Positions 1-12,714 of a stretch of 64,000 nt of DNA are shown one piece after another; the stretch's first letter is position 1; each line of letters starts with the position of its first letter. The notes below the pieces were generated by a model. It worked only from the letters and a program-made list of their open reading frames with translations. It did not search any database and had not been told where the DNA came from. The DNA lies in contig NC_091470.1 of NCBI RefSeq assembly GCF_036971445.1, forward strand, positions 191,332,001 to 191,396,000. Reading direction: 5' to 3'. The position numbers and the translations under genes are program-made. Source of the stretch: Narcine bancroftii. Lineage: Eukaryota.

Positions 1-1514
1 TAGCCTGATCCTACAAGGATTCTATCCCTTTCTCTGAATTCCTCTGTCCCACCACATCTGCCCCAGCATATACAACGCCCTCCATAATGTTTGGGAGAAA
101 TGCACATTTCCTTGTGACGCTTAAATAAACAAACAATAAATAATATTGTTCAAGACACACCTTTGAATAAAATCTGGAACATGCACTTTAATCACATGAA
201 ATGTTTGATTACAAATTTAAAACCATGGAGCACAAGGGCAAATAAATGAAAAAATATCTTTGCCCCAAACACTATGGAGGACACTGTATGTATATGTTGT
301 AGTAGCTGCTATAAGCTAAGTCTCTGCGGAGCCTATAGTCCAGGAGAGGTTATAGCTGTCTGCAGGTTATCTTAGAAAAAACACGCTGTTCCCAGAAAGA
401 ATGACATGAACCCCAGTTGAGTGTAGTTAACACTGAGCTTTATTGGGCTCACAGCCTTGCATTTATTCTCAAGCTGAGGGGTGTGGTCAAAGCCCCCTCA
501 GCACTGATTGGTGTGTTGGCAATCTGTTTTCCTTGATAGGCCAGTTAGGGTCCTTTAGTTGTGGCCAATTGGAGGGCAGTGCTGCGAGCCTCGCGCAGCC
601 TGCTGGATCGTCGCACTCATCTTTCATTTTGTGAGGCCCCCTGAGGGGGCTACGAGGGGCCACCACAGTGTATGTCTGTGAAGTCTACTCGAGTGGACCG
701 CACAATGTTGTTTTGTTGGTTTGTACAGGTACAATCAGATGACAAATAAACTTGACCTTGAATTTGGATGAGGCCTTCCATTCTAGAACATCTGAGATGT
801 CCTCCTTCTTCAAAGAACGTGGCTTCTCCTCCACTGCAAGCAACTCAGTCTTCACCGACATCGCCTCTACTTCCTACACATCTGCCCTGGCCCTCTTTGC
901 CCCAAGATGAAACATGGACAGGATTCACCTTGCCCCCACCCCTCCAGCGCCTGCATCCAACATATTATCCTCCTCAATTTCTTCTACCTACAATGTGTTC
1001 CCACCACCACACATCTGCCTTCCCCTCCTCTATCCATTTTCCACAGGGACCACTCCCTCTGGCATTCCACCCCTCCAACTCATCCCTTCCCACTAATCAT
1101 CCCCCCCCCCCCCCCAGTATCTATCCTGTAACCCCTGGAAATGTTGCACTTGTGCTCACATCTCCTCTTTCACCTCCTTTCGGGATCCCAAACAGTCCTT
1201 CTAATCAGCACTTACTGCACCCGGTGCTCCCATCCTGGCTTCCTTGACATCAGTGAGACAGGACGCAGACTGGGACATTGTTTCGTTGAGCACCTTCATT
1301 CTGTCCATTGCAACAGCAGGGACTTCCTAGTGACCAACCAGTTTTGATTCCATATGCCATTGCCACACTGACAAATACGTCTGTCCATGACATCATGCAC
1401 GACTAAACTGAGGCCACCCCACATCGGAGGAACAACTCCTCATATTCCATCTCGGAATTCTTTAATCAGATGGCACTCATATCGACCTCCAATTTCCATT
1501 AACCCTACCCCCAC

Positions 1515-1551
<37 letters not shown>

Positions 1552-1750
1552 TCTCCTTTCCTCAGCTAGTATCACTTCCCATCATTCTCTATTCCATCAT
1601 TTTTTTCTCCTTTACCCTCCCACCTGTATCCACCTATTTCTTCTGACTTGTTCGCCTGTGCTCCACCACTGCCCCTTCCACCCTCTCTCCTTCTCTGCCC
1701 TCCTTCGCCTTTTTATTCATGCTCAGACCCAATACGTTGGTTACCCTTTA
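1..1750 (+). mobile_element. Penelope-like element 3' portion (RT C-terminus/GIY-YIG remnant), split by a Tc1/mariner MITE and a LINE tail (~290-765)
   Basis: Degenerate SIPFSEFL..HHIC / DEAFHSRTSEMSSFFKERG and ISETGRRLGHCFVEHL (GIY-YIG YIGET.R.L..RF.EH) motifs; C-rich tail with (CT)n at ~1519-1553. Confidence 0.75.
73..286. mobile_element. Tc1/mariner-type MITE
   Basis: ~28-bp TIRs (caacgccctccataatgtttgggagaaa / tttgccccaaacactatggaggacactg) flanked by TA on both sides. Confidence 0.8.
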
Positions 1751-1964
1751 GTTCTGAAGTATGCCAGGGGTAGTGGTGGAGGCTGAAACATTAGGGGCAT
1801 TTAAGAGATTCTTAGGCACATGAATGGAAGAAAAATAGAGGGTCAAGAGGAAGGGAGGGTTTAGTAGTTTTTTTGAAGGAATATATGGGTTGTCACAACA
1901 TTGAGAGCCGAAGGGCCTGTACTGTTCTAGGTTTTATGCTGCATGACCTGCTGAGTTTCTATTT

Positions 1965-2890
1965 GTGGTTTTTTTGAATATTTTATTTATAGAATTTACA
2001 AGTCAAACAAGTCTAATAAACCCAATGATACAATTAACCAATGTATTTAACAACAATCCTTCTTGTTGATTATCATTGTAAATAACTTCCTTCCCTCCAT
2101 CCCTTGGAAAAAGAGGAAAAAAAACAAAAGAAAGAATAGGTATTGGAGTAGGATAGAAAAACAACAAATAATAAGAAGAGAAAGATCAGCCAGGCACCTT
2201 CCCCAATCTCTCAGGCCGAAAAATTATCTGACTTTTCAGGATCGTGGGTGTGGGGGGGGGAGGGGCAGCAGGGCAAGGGGTGAAACAATTAAAGATTAAT
2301 CCCTACATGGCATAGGTATGGCTGCCAAATATCCATAAATACATCGTACTTATACCTCAGACTAGATTTTCTCCAGGGGGTCACAGTTTTGCATTTCCGT
2401 ATTCCAACGTGCCAATCATAAATGGGAATCAGACTTTCAGGGATCCACTACACATTTCCTGGCCACCACCAATGTGGCCTTAACAAATTGTAATTGATGT
2501 TTGACAGCTTCATTGTAAGTCTTACATCTTTAACATTTCCTAACAAGAATAATTCTGGGATCTGTGGGAATTGTTCCTCAGTCATTTGTTCTAGAAGATC
2601 ACCCAGATCTACCCAAAAAGTTCTCAAATCAAAGGCAATTTTTAAAGATTGCCTTAGAAAATGTTTAGCAGTGTCATGGAAATCAGATCCCCATGGGTTT
2701 GGAATGTTGGAACACAGAGATTCATAGTTGTGCCCCTTTGGGGAAGATCACTTATAATTTGAGAAATAACTATGGGGTATTTTAGAAAACTTGCCGCCCG
2801 TTCTTAAGAATTGAGGGAATTAATTTATAGACCTTTTCCTTAAGCCTCGAACTTTGTTAACCTCCTAGAAAGAATTAAAAGTTATTCGTG
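1965..2890 (-). mobile_element. L1-clade LINE 3' end, decayed
   Basis: Reverse poly(A)/AATAAA tail at ~1965-1990; ORF2 C-terminal remnants on the minus strand. Confidence 0.6.
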
Positions 2891-2894
2891 TGGT

Positions 2895-4172
2895 GAGGGG
2901 GATCTTCCGGCAATGAACCAAAGACACTGCCTCACTTTGACATTTCCTGCTCTCTTTTTATCTCTTCTTGTAAGGTGTTTCATATAAATGTCTGCATTGT
3001 GAAGCTGCCACAGAACAACAAATTTAGTGACATGTCAGAATTAGAATCAGAATCAGGATTTATTATCATGAACAAGCATGAAATTCGTTGTTTTGCAGCA
3101 GGTCACAGGGCGAACATTCATATGAACCACCTTGCAACAATAAATAAAAAATAGTGCACGAAACGTCAAAGTGAGGTTCATTGATCATTCAGGAATCTGA
3201 TGGCAGCAGGGAAGAAACTGTCCTTATCCCGCTGAGTGCTCGTCTTTAGGCTCCTGTACCTTTTCCCCGATGGCAGCAGAGTGAAGAGGGCATGGCCTGG
3301 GTGGTGGGGGTCTTTGAGGATAGAGGCTGCTTTTTTAAGACACCGCCTCATGGAGATGTCCTCGATGGAGTGAAGTCTGGTGCCTGTGATGTCGCAGGCC
3401 GAATTAACCTGAGAGTTGTCCCCTCCGTACCAGACAGTGATGTAACCAGCCAGGATGCTCTCCACGGTTCACCTGTAGAAGTTTTCAAGAGTCTTCGGTG
3501 ACGTACCGAATCTCCTCAGACACTTCACAAAGTAAAGCCACCAGCGAACCTTCTTTGTGATTGCATTGATGTGTTCATGACGATCAAATCTGATTCTCAT
3601 TCTGAAGATCCTTCCTGAGGCCTACATGTCGATGTCATAATGAAGAAGATTCGCCAGCGGCAATACGTTGTGAAGAGTTTGAGGAGATTTGGTATGTCAC
3701 CCAAGACTCTTGCTTATTTCTACAGGTGTACCTTGGAGAGCATTCTAGCTGGTTGCATCATTGGTAAGGTGCCAATGCACAGGGCAGGAAAAGGATACAG
3801 AGGGTTGTGAACTCAGCCAGCACCATCATGGGCATTAGTCTTACTCCACTAAGGACATTAAGAGTTTCAAAAAAGCAGCCTTCATCATCAAGGACCCTCA
3901 CCACCCAGGCTATGCCCTCTTCTCACTGCGACCATCGGGAAGGAGGTACAGGAGACTGGAGACGCACACCTAATGCTACAAAACACCCTCTTCCCCTCCA
4001 CCCTCAGAATCACCAATGAACCACAGATGCTGCCTCACTTTTCTTTTGCACTAATTAATTTTTTTAAATGCTATTCATAGCAACGTTTAGATCTGTAATG
4101 CACAGTTCTGCTATCACACAACAATGAATTTCACGATTCTTGTCATGACGGTAAATTCGGATTGTGATTCTG
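2895..4172. mobile_element. Cluster of Rex1/Babar-type LINE 3' ends (minus 3040-3572; plus 2895-3035 and 3606-4172)
   Basis: ESILAGYITVWYG...KKAASILKDPHHPGHALFTLLPSGKRYRSLKTST..SFFPAAIRFLN C-terminal motif; (ATTCTG)n tails. Confidence 0.8.
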
Positions 4173-5810
4173 AACCATGGCTCACGCATTTTCTTCTCAA
4201 TCATATTCTCCTGCCACTCCCCATAATCTTTCACTGACAAAGAATCTGTCAACCTCCACTTTGAATCTACTTGTTTTCCACAGCCGTCCATGGCAACAAA
4301 TTCCACAGGTTGCCACCCCCCCCCCCCCCCCACCACCCCAGCCCCGGCTGAGCCCTGTGGCACACCACTAGTCACTGCCTCCCAATCAGGAAAGCACCTA
4401 TTTAAAACCACTTCTCTATCCACGTCAGTACATTGCCTCCTATACCACTTTCTCTAATTTTCCACATCAATCTCTTATGCAGAACCTGATTAAAAGCCTT
4501 TTGAAAGTCCAAAATACACCACATCAACTGGTTCACCAGTATCACTCTACTGGTTACACATGCAGAAAATTCTGGAAGATAAGTCAATCCATGAAGACGT
4601 GGACTTTTCACTCCTTTTGACCTGCTGAGTTCCTACAGTCATTATGGCTTGGCTTCACGAGTGAAGATTTAGGAAGGGGATTGCCCATGCCTGCTGCAGG
4701 CTCACTGGTGACTGACGAGGCCAATCCAGGACACAGTTCCTACAGTATTTCTGTGTTTTTACTATGATCACAGCATCTGCAAACATTTGTGTTTCACTCC
4801 TCTCCAAATGCACACAATGTTTAATATTCTGCCACCTCTGAAGTCAAGTTAACTGATCTATAATTCCACAATGTCTCTCTCCCTCCATTCTTAAAAACCT
4901 GCATGACATTAGAAATCCAATCAGAGTTCAGGGAATGTTGAAAAATAATCACCAACGCATCCTTTATCTTCAGGTGGATCTAGAATATAAAACATGGAAA
5001 TCCCCAGCACAGAACAGGCCCTTCATCTCACAGTTTTGTGCTGACCTAATAACTTAATCAAACAACTGCCTAGAATTTCCTTACTATATCACCCTCCATT
5101 TTTCTCAATTCCATGTCCTCTCAAAAGTTCCTATTGTCCCTGCCTCCACCCCACCATTTTTGGCAGCACATTTCATGCACTGACTGCTCCCTGTGTGAAG
5201 AACTTGCCCTTTACATCCCCCCCCCCCCACCCTGTTTACTTATTTCAAGCACCTTAAAACTGCCCTGTCATGTTAGCCATTTCAGTCCTGGCAGAAAAGC
5301 CTCTGACCGTCCACAAGATCAATGCTACTCATCATCTTAAACACGTCTCTCAGGAAACCCCTCATCCTCCAAGGAGAAGAGACCAAGTTCATTCAACCTA
5401 TGCTCATACGACACACTCTCCAATCTAGGCAGAATCCTTGTAAGTCTCCCCTCAATCCTCTCCATTGCATCCACGTCCACACATGGTGAGATGACCGGAA
5501 CTGAACACAATATTCCAAGTGGGTCCCAACCAAAGTCTTATACGGTATAGGTATAACATCACCTCATGGCTCTTGAACTCAATTCCATGGTCAATGAGGC
5601 CAATACTGTCAAGCTGTGTAGCAGCTCTGAGTGTCCTATGGACATGGACCTCAAGATCTTTTGTCCACTCTGCTTGGTTCTCCCATTAACATTGTATAAT
5701 GCTTCAAAAGCGACCTATGAAAGGAAACAAGCACTTCATGGCTTTCTGGTTTAAATTCTATCTGCCACTTCTCCGTCCAATGCAATCTCTAAATTCACCA
5801 ATGCACCACC
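4173..5810 (-). mobile_element. CR1-clade LINE fragments
   Basis: LDFQKAFNQVLHKRLMWKIRESGIGGNVLTWIEKW and VTSGVPQGS RT motifs; CR1 3' end at ~4985-5810. Confidence 0.75.
4640..4734 (-). mobile_element. 95-bp 5'-truncated RTE 3' stub with 12-bp TSD
   Basis: GGCTTGGCTT tail like the RTE copies at 33757 and 47300; flanked by agttcctacagt at 4628-4639 and 4735-4746. Confidence 0.75.
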
Positions 5811-6312
5811 ATTGTTGGCCAAATAACTGGAAGTGCAGAGTCAGAAAACTGGATGGAGATCATCAATCTAGTTGGGTGGTGTCACAACAGCAAGCTTGCT
5901 CTCATTGTCGCCAAGCCCAAAGAGCTTATTATCGACTTTAGGGAATGAGAGGCTGAGGGATCAGATTCCTGTCTGGATTGATGGGATGGAGGTGGAGAGG
6001 GCATGTTCCCACATGTTCCTGGGACTCCATGAGACAGTCAGCATGGCTTTGTGAGGTGCAGGTCTTACCAATTTGAGGAAGTGACAAAGATGGTTGATGA
6101 GGGTAGGACAAGGGATGTTGTTCACATAGACTTTGACAGGTTCCCATGGTAGGGTGATCCAGAAGGTTCAGATGCATGAGATCCATGGAGAGTTGATGAT
6201 TTGGATACAGAATTGGCTGGCCCATAGCAGGGGTGGAAGGGCATCATTCTAGCTGAAGGCCTGTGATCAGTGGTGCTCCACAGGGACCAGTGTTGGAATC
6301 CCTGCGTTTGTG

Positions 6313-9146
6313 TGTGTTGGACACGGTAGTGCAGGTGGGGGGCCTCACTGGACTGCTCAGGCTGGCCCGCCTCTTACCTGGTAACTTCTCCCCATAGTTC
6401 CCAATAAAGCTGAGAGCCTTAGTCTCCTCCCTCTATACCAGCCTTGGATCCGGGCCCAAAGCATGCAGTTACGTGCTGGATGTTTCAGAATATTAAAGAC
6501 TTTAATCATTTGCTTCGTGTCTGCTTGTGGTCATTAATTGAGCTACAATTTAATGTCCTGATTATTTTGCCATAGACAAGATGATCTGAGTGGAGAAGCT
6601 GGGGACTGATCCAAGGGAACCAGAGGTCTCCATTAAATTCAATATGTGGCTACACTGTCTACACTTCTGGCAGCCAAGAACTGGATGGCAGGAACGGGAG
6701 ACAGATGACACAAGACCACGCCATGCCTGGTGTCTCTTCCGACCCCATTGCATGTGATCCATGGGGGACGGCCATTTTCGAGATCATCTTGGTGATAGCC
6801 GTCTCAACACTACAGCAGCAGCAACTCCGACAATGAGTTGACTCTAGCCTCCGTCATGCTGTACCAGAACAAGGCCACCCCATCTGGCGCGATCGATGGT
6901 AGACATCGAGGTAAATGGTCGCACCATGGGCTGCCTATTCGACATGAGGAGTACTGAGAGCTTCATACACCCAGGCATGGTCCAACGGTATTCCCTGCCA
7001 AGTGTAGGGTAGCTTCAGCATCTAAATCCCACTCCATGGAAATCCACGGGTGTTGCACTGTGATTCTAACTGTTAGGGGAAAGAAGTATAAAAAGTTCAA
7101 ACTGTTAGAAATGGCCCCATCTCTGCACGCCAGTCATACTGGGACTAGGTTTCCAGTGTCAGCTTAAGAGCTTGCTGATGCAGTTTTGCAGGCCCAACCC
7201 TCATACTTTGCCCAGTGGATCCTCAAATCTGTGGGCAAAGCCCACACCCTTGGTGAAAACCACCACCTTTCCTCCATCGGTGCAGGCCTGTAAGGCCTTT
7301 GAGGGCATTAATGGTGAGATTGCCAAGACAGCAATTCATGCCTTGGATGAATCCATCCCTTTCCAAGTGGAGAGTGATGCCTCTGACTTGGCCCTGGCCG
7401 CCACGCTGAACCAAGTAGGCAGACCCATGGCATTTTTTCCCCGAACCTCCAGGGCCATGAACTCAGGCACTCGGCCACTGAGAAGGAGGCACAGTTTATA
7501 GTGGAGGCCCTGCACTACTGGAAGCATTATTTGGCTGGCAGACTGTTCACCCTGCTGACAGACCAGAGAGCCATCGCTTTTATATGTAAGGGAAAATCAA
7601 AAATGATAAGATCACGAGGTGGAGAATTGAGCTGTCCCCCTTCAATTACGAGATCTTGTATCAGCGGGGAAGCTCGTTGAGCCACCAATGCTCTGTCAGG
7701 GGAACCTGTGGCAGGGCACAGGTAGATCACATCCAAGCCCTCCACGATAGCCTCTGCCACCCCAGGGTCACCAGGCTCTACACTTTGTGAGGGCCCACAA
7801 CTTCCCCTACTCAGTGGAGGAGATCAGGGAGCTGACCAGTAACTGCTCAGTCTGCGCGGAGAGCAAGCCACAATTCTGCTGGCTGGAGAAAGCTCAGCTG
7901 ATCAAGGCCACTCGCCCCTTCAAATGTCTCAGTATGGACTTCAGGGGCCCCCTTTCATCCATGAACTGGAATGTGTACTTCCTGAATATGGTGGACGAAC
8001 ACTCTTGCATCCCATTTGCAATCCCCTGTCCATGGTCATTAAAGCCCTCCACAACCTCTTCACCTTGTTCGGTTACCCCAGTTACATCTACAGTGACCAG
8101 GGGTCCTCATTCATGAGTGAGGAGTTGCACCAGAACTTCCTGTCCAAGGGCATAGCCACAAGCAGAACCATCAGCTACATCCCCTGTGAGAACAGGCAGG
8201 TGGAAAGCGAGAATGGCACAATCCTCAGCCCTTAAGTCAAAAGGGACGATTATCTCCCAGTGGCAAGAGGTCCTTCTGGAGGCACTACATGCCACTAGGT
8301 CCCTACTCTGTAGAGCCATGAATGTCACCTCACATGAGAAACCATTCTCATTGCCTAGGAGGTCAGCTTCAGGAACCACGCTGCCGGTCTGGCTGACAAA
8401 TCTTGGGCCGGTGCTTCTCCACAGGCACATTAGGACCCACAAGGCAGACCCACTGGTCTTGCATGCCAACCTCAAGTACGCCCACGTACAGAACCTGGAA
8501 GGGAGGGAAGACACAATGTCCATCCAGGACCTGGCTCAAGCAGAGGCCCCCTGCAAGGGAGATCCACCCAGAAGCCCTTGTCAGCAACCGGCCGGTCCCA
8601 GGGGTCATCTGGATAAATGAGCTCCTACAACCACCACCACGACCTCTCAGGCCCCCAACATCCTTGCAACCTCCAGTGGAACAGCTGATGCTCCCACCCC
8701 TCTCCGAACCGGTTCACACTCCCATAGCTCAACTCCCCGACATTGAGTCGGTCAGACAGGCCACAGCTGTGCAGGAACCGATAACGACGCCACCAGTGCT
8801 GCGGCGATCACAGTGGCAGATTGGCTGAACTGGTATAGACTGCATGGCTGGAGATGATGGATATTGTCCAACTTCACCTCACCGGACTTTATCCAAAAGG
8901 AAGGAGTGAATTTGGTGGGACACGTTAATGAAGGTGCTGACTGCACTAAACTGTACAGGCTGGCCCACCCCTGACCTGGTAACTCCTCCCCATAGATTCC
9001 CAATAAAGCTGAGAGTCCTACTCTCTTCCCTCAATACGAGCCTTGGATCCGGGCCAGAAGCATGTAGTTATGTGCTGGATATTTCAGGATATTAAAGCCT
9101 TTGATCACTTGCTTCATGTATTCATGGGGTTATTGATTGAGCTACA
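6313..9146 (+). mobile_element. Internally deleted Ty3/Gypsy LTR retrotransposon with both LTRs (6313-6547, ~8911-9146)
   Basis: Two similar ~235-bp LTRs ending gagctaca; 5-bp TSD TTGTG (6308-6312, 9147-9151); PPT aaaaggaaggag before the 3' LTR; RNase H (FQVESDASDLALAATLNQ) and integrase (IYSDQGSSFMSEEL) remnants. Confidence 0.9.
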
Positions 9147-9158
9147 TTGTGATGCACA

Positions 9159-11741
9159 CAGGGCTGATCCCAGACTATTTTACACCGGAGGCGAAGCAAA
9201 GTACTTGCACCCCTCCAAAAAAAATAGCCAATTGCAATTTTCAAAAACAGACGTTTTGTTGAAAAATGAAAAACACAAAACTTGAAATTGCAAGATTCTT
9301 TGATTCTCTTTCTCAAATACAAAATAAAATATTTTGGCACACAAATCATTTTGAACCAAAAAGCACTTCGGGGAATGCATCCTTCACTAAGGGCAACACA
9401 ACATTCAAACCTTTCACCTCACACAACTTTAAGCCTACATACTTTTTAAGGTTATTCGGTGTAACTAACCAATCATGTTAGGACAATAATTTGCCTACAG
9501 TCTAACAGAGAAGGAAACCAAAAAGTGACTAACAGGATTAAAAACATAACCTCCTCGTCAGAGGTAACAAGCTTGTGAATTGTGTTGTTCAAATGTAAGT
9601 CTCATAAAAGTTTCAATTTCAGGTATATCAGAATCTCACATTGAGAGTCTTTCCCTCTGCAAATTTTGTCACCAGTTCAATCAGATTGAAAGCTAATGGT
9701 TGGGCATGTTCAATTGATAGAGTTGTCAAGCCACCTAGTCTCTTTTGCAACATTGTTGAGCGTGTGTGTTATAGTACAGATTCTATCACCAATGTGTATA
9801 TGTACAGATTGTAGTGTAGGATGCTTGTGATTGACTGAGAGTGTAGCCACACCTACTGGCAGGTCTTAAAGGGTTGCTCCGAGCCAGACCAGATAATTCT
9901 GGACTGGTCGACCTACTTGTGATATGATCCAGTCTTTTAGTTAATAAAAGCCTTGGTTTGGATCAAGAAGTCTTTGGTTCTTTCGATGTGCTCTACAGTG
10001 TTTAAGTTTTTATAAACTTGAGATTTAAGAAACTATGTTCACCACTTGCCACAGGACGTGTGAGAAGGATCCTTTGAGCAATGGAAACATTGGGCAAATA
10101 ATGCCAGAGTTTTGTTAGACTATGAAGCGAAATTCTCCTTGGAAGTCTTGGAGTTATTGCTATAAGTTCCCAACACAGACCTCAGCACCAGTATCTTTGT
10201 TTCCATTATGCACCAATGATTTTTCCAAATTCTTGCAGCCCTTAAGTACATCTTCATGTTACTCCCATTGACCATGCAGATTCCCAATTGGTAATCCCAT
10301 TTGTCCAAGAAGAGTTTATGCCATAAAGGCACTTGTAATCTCTTTTAGTGGAACAAATCTCAAGAAATATCCTCTTATGATAATTTTAGACTCAGACACC
10401 TCATTATCTGCTGGTTTGCCATTTGCTCAATTCTGGTGTCCAGAATAATTGAATAGTATTAGACTGAGTTGGTGTGTGTTAAAATTTGCTGCTTTGTAGC
10501 ACCCTGCTAGAAACTGTACAAGCTCATTTTGGATATCTTTTCCTCCGTAGTGAACCATTGATTCTTGGTCTTTAACTCTATGAAAATGTTCATTCATGAT
10601 AGGATCAAGAAGGGCCAGATATTCTACAAACGTTAAAAAGTTTCCATTGCTAGCACTGTGCAACTTTTCAATTGTACCGCGGAATGGCAAGTTTTGCATG
10701 CCAAGAACTCTGAACAAAGCATTCAAGCCTTTGAAGACTTGTCACCAGTGTTGTTCTTGACAAATTTTCTGCTAGTTGATAGCCTCAGTTGTTTTTCCTT
10801 TAGATAGTGCAATTCAAGTTCACGCTGGGTCAGTATGCCTCTTACGTGAAGAAAGATTTGCTTCAATGTTCTTCCAGTCTTTTGAACCTGTTTCTTGTTG
10901 GGATGATGCACCTGTTTTGGATTTCCTGCACAACTTCCAGGAACAGCAAAGCACCACAGCTTTTGAGGGTGAATATATTGACCATTGACAACACAATTTT
11001 AACACATAAACTTGTAGTTTATAGGAGAAAATCTTCTGTTGTTTGAGCCTTTGGGGAAAATCATGTGATCCAACCTGGTAGGGTCCATGTTGTATTATAA
11101 GCTGTTACAAATGATCACTGCAACAGCCAGGCCAGTTGTCAGGGTCATTGTCATTCAAGTCAGGCACAATTATTTCCAATACAAGTTAAGACAAATCAAG
11201 TCGAGTCATGTTTATTTATCGTTCATGCCATAAACCTTGCAGAGTACAGTGAAAACGAGATAGCATTTCTCCAGACTGTGGAGCTGGTTATTTACATGGA
11301 TAAATTACCTCAGAAACTTTTAAAATAAATAACATATCACATAAATATCATGTTACATATGCTAGCTCTGTGTCCTCGGAGTTTGGAAGCCTCTTGGGGG
11401 AAAAAAGCGGTTTTGCAATCTGGTTGTGAGTGCCTGAATGCTTCAGTACCTCTTCCCAGATGGCAGGAAGGAGAACAGATTGCGGAAGAGCATGTGCCAA
11501 CCAAACTACCATATGCGATCCCGCCGTGCATGCATCAATCAACCCCAGAACGCCAACCTCTACTGTGTGTGTGCCAACTGGCACTAGTGCACGCGCACAA
11601 GAATAAAGACGGCCACACCCAGCCAATGGACCCAGGGCACCGAGTAATAAGGTAAGTACACTTTTACACATTTGGTCCCTACGCCGGAAATCTGGCCACC
11701 CTGACAGCATCCCTCTGAGGTCTGAGGTAGTGTTGGCCCTG
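9159..11741 (-). mobile_element. Decayed hAT DNA transposon (ZMYM1/DUF4371-type transposase remnant)
   Basis: Ends cagggctgat.../...gttggccctg; ORF 10427-10726 QNLPFRG...NGNFLTFVEYLALLDPIMNEH...IQNEL; hAT C-terminal dimerisation remnant near 9660-10080; nested solo LTR and Rex1 tail (~11190-11500). Confidence 0.8.
9767..9997 (+). mobile_element. Solo LTR inserted in the hAT transposase
   Basis: TG...CA termini, internal AATAAA, near-duplicated gtgt flanks; interrupts the transposase C-terminus. Confidence 0.65.
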
Positions 11742-12710
11742 AATATATATAAATAAGTTGGATGAAAAAGTCAGTAGGTGGATAAGTAAGTCAGTAGATG
11801 ACACTAAGGTTGCTCAAGTAGTAGACTTGATGTGAACTTGTGTCAAAGATTATCAAAGAACACCCCAGGATATAAATCAGTTACAGAGTTGGGCACAGAA
11901 GATGGAGATAGAATTTAATTTTGGGAAGTATGAGATGTTGCTCTTTGGGAGGTCAAATGTAAGGGGAAATATCGAGTTAATGGTAAGAACAAGAGCATGA
12001 ATGTGCAGTGGGATCCAGGAGTCCAGGTCGACGAAAGTGGCTGCACCAGTAGATCGGGTGGTAAAGAAGCTGGGCTTCATGGAGCAGGGTGTTGAATATG
12101 AAAGTAAGGAGACTCTGCAGCTGGTTAGTCTGCAACTGGAATGTTGGAGTTGTAGAGTCGGACAGTGTGGAAACTGGCCCATTGGCCTCATTTGCCCATC
12201 CTGACCAGAATGTCTCAGCCACACAAGTCTCACGTCCTTGCATTGGTCCCGTATGCCTCTAAACTCATGCATCTATTCAATTGTGCATTCCTTTCCAGTC
12301 ACTCCACTGCAGGAACAATGTGGAGGGTTTGGGACAGGGTGCAGAAGAGGTTTACCAGGATACTGCCTGGTTTCCAGGAATTATGGGGTAGAGGTTGGAC
12401 AAACTTGGGTTATCTTCTCTGGAGCATCAGAGGCTGAAGGGTGACCTGATATAAATTTATAAGACATTGGTGGGGCCCCACTTGGAGTGTTGTGTTCAGT
12501 TCTGGTCACCGTGCTGCAGGAAGGTTTCAGGTTGGAGAGGGAGTGGAGAAGATTTATGAGCATGTTGTCAGGTCTCAGGGGCCTGAGCTATGGGGAGAAG
12601 GCTGAGTAGGCTAGGAGAGCAGTTGAATGAGGGGAAATCTCATAGAAATGTACAAAATCATGGGAGGAATAGATTGGATGAATCCAGCCAGGCGTTTCCC
12701 TAGAATAAAG
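11742..12710 (+). mobile_element. CR1 fragments continuing the CR1 piece at ~6050-6312
   Basis: RT text resumes (…tttgtg / atatatataaataagttggatgaaaa…gatgacactaag) after the Gypsy and hAT insertions; RVQKRFTRILPG motif. Confidence 0.7.
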
Positions 12711-12714
12711 GAAT

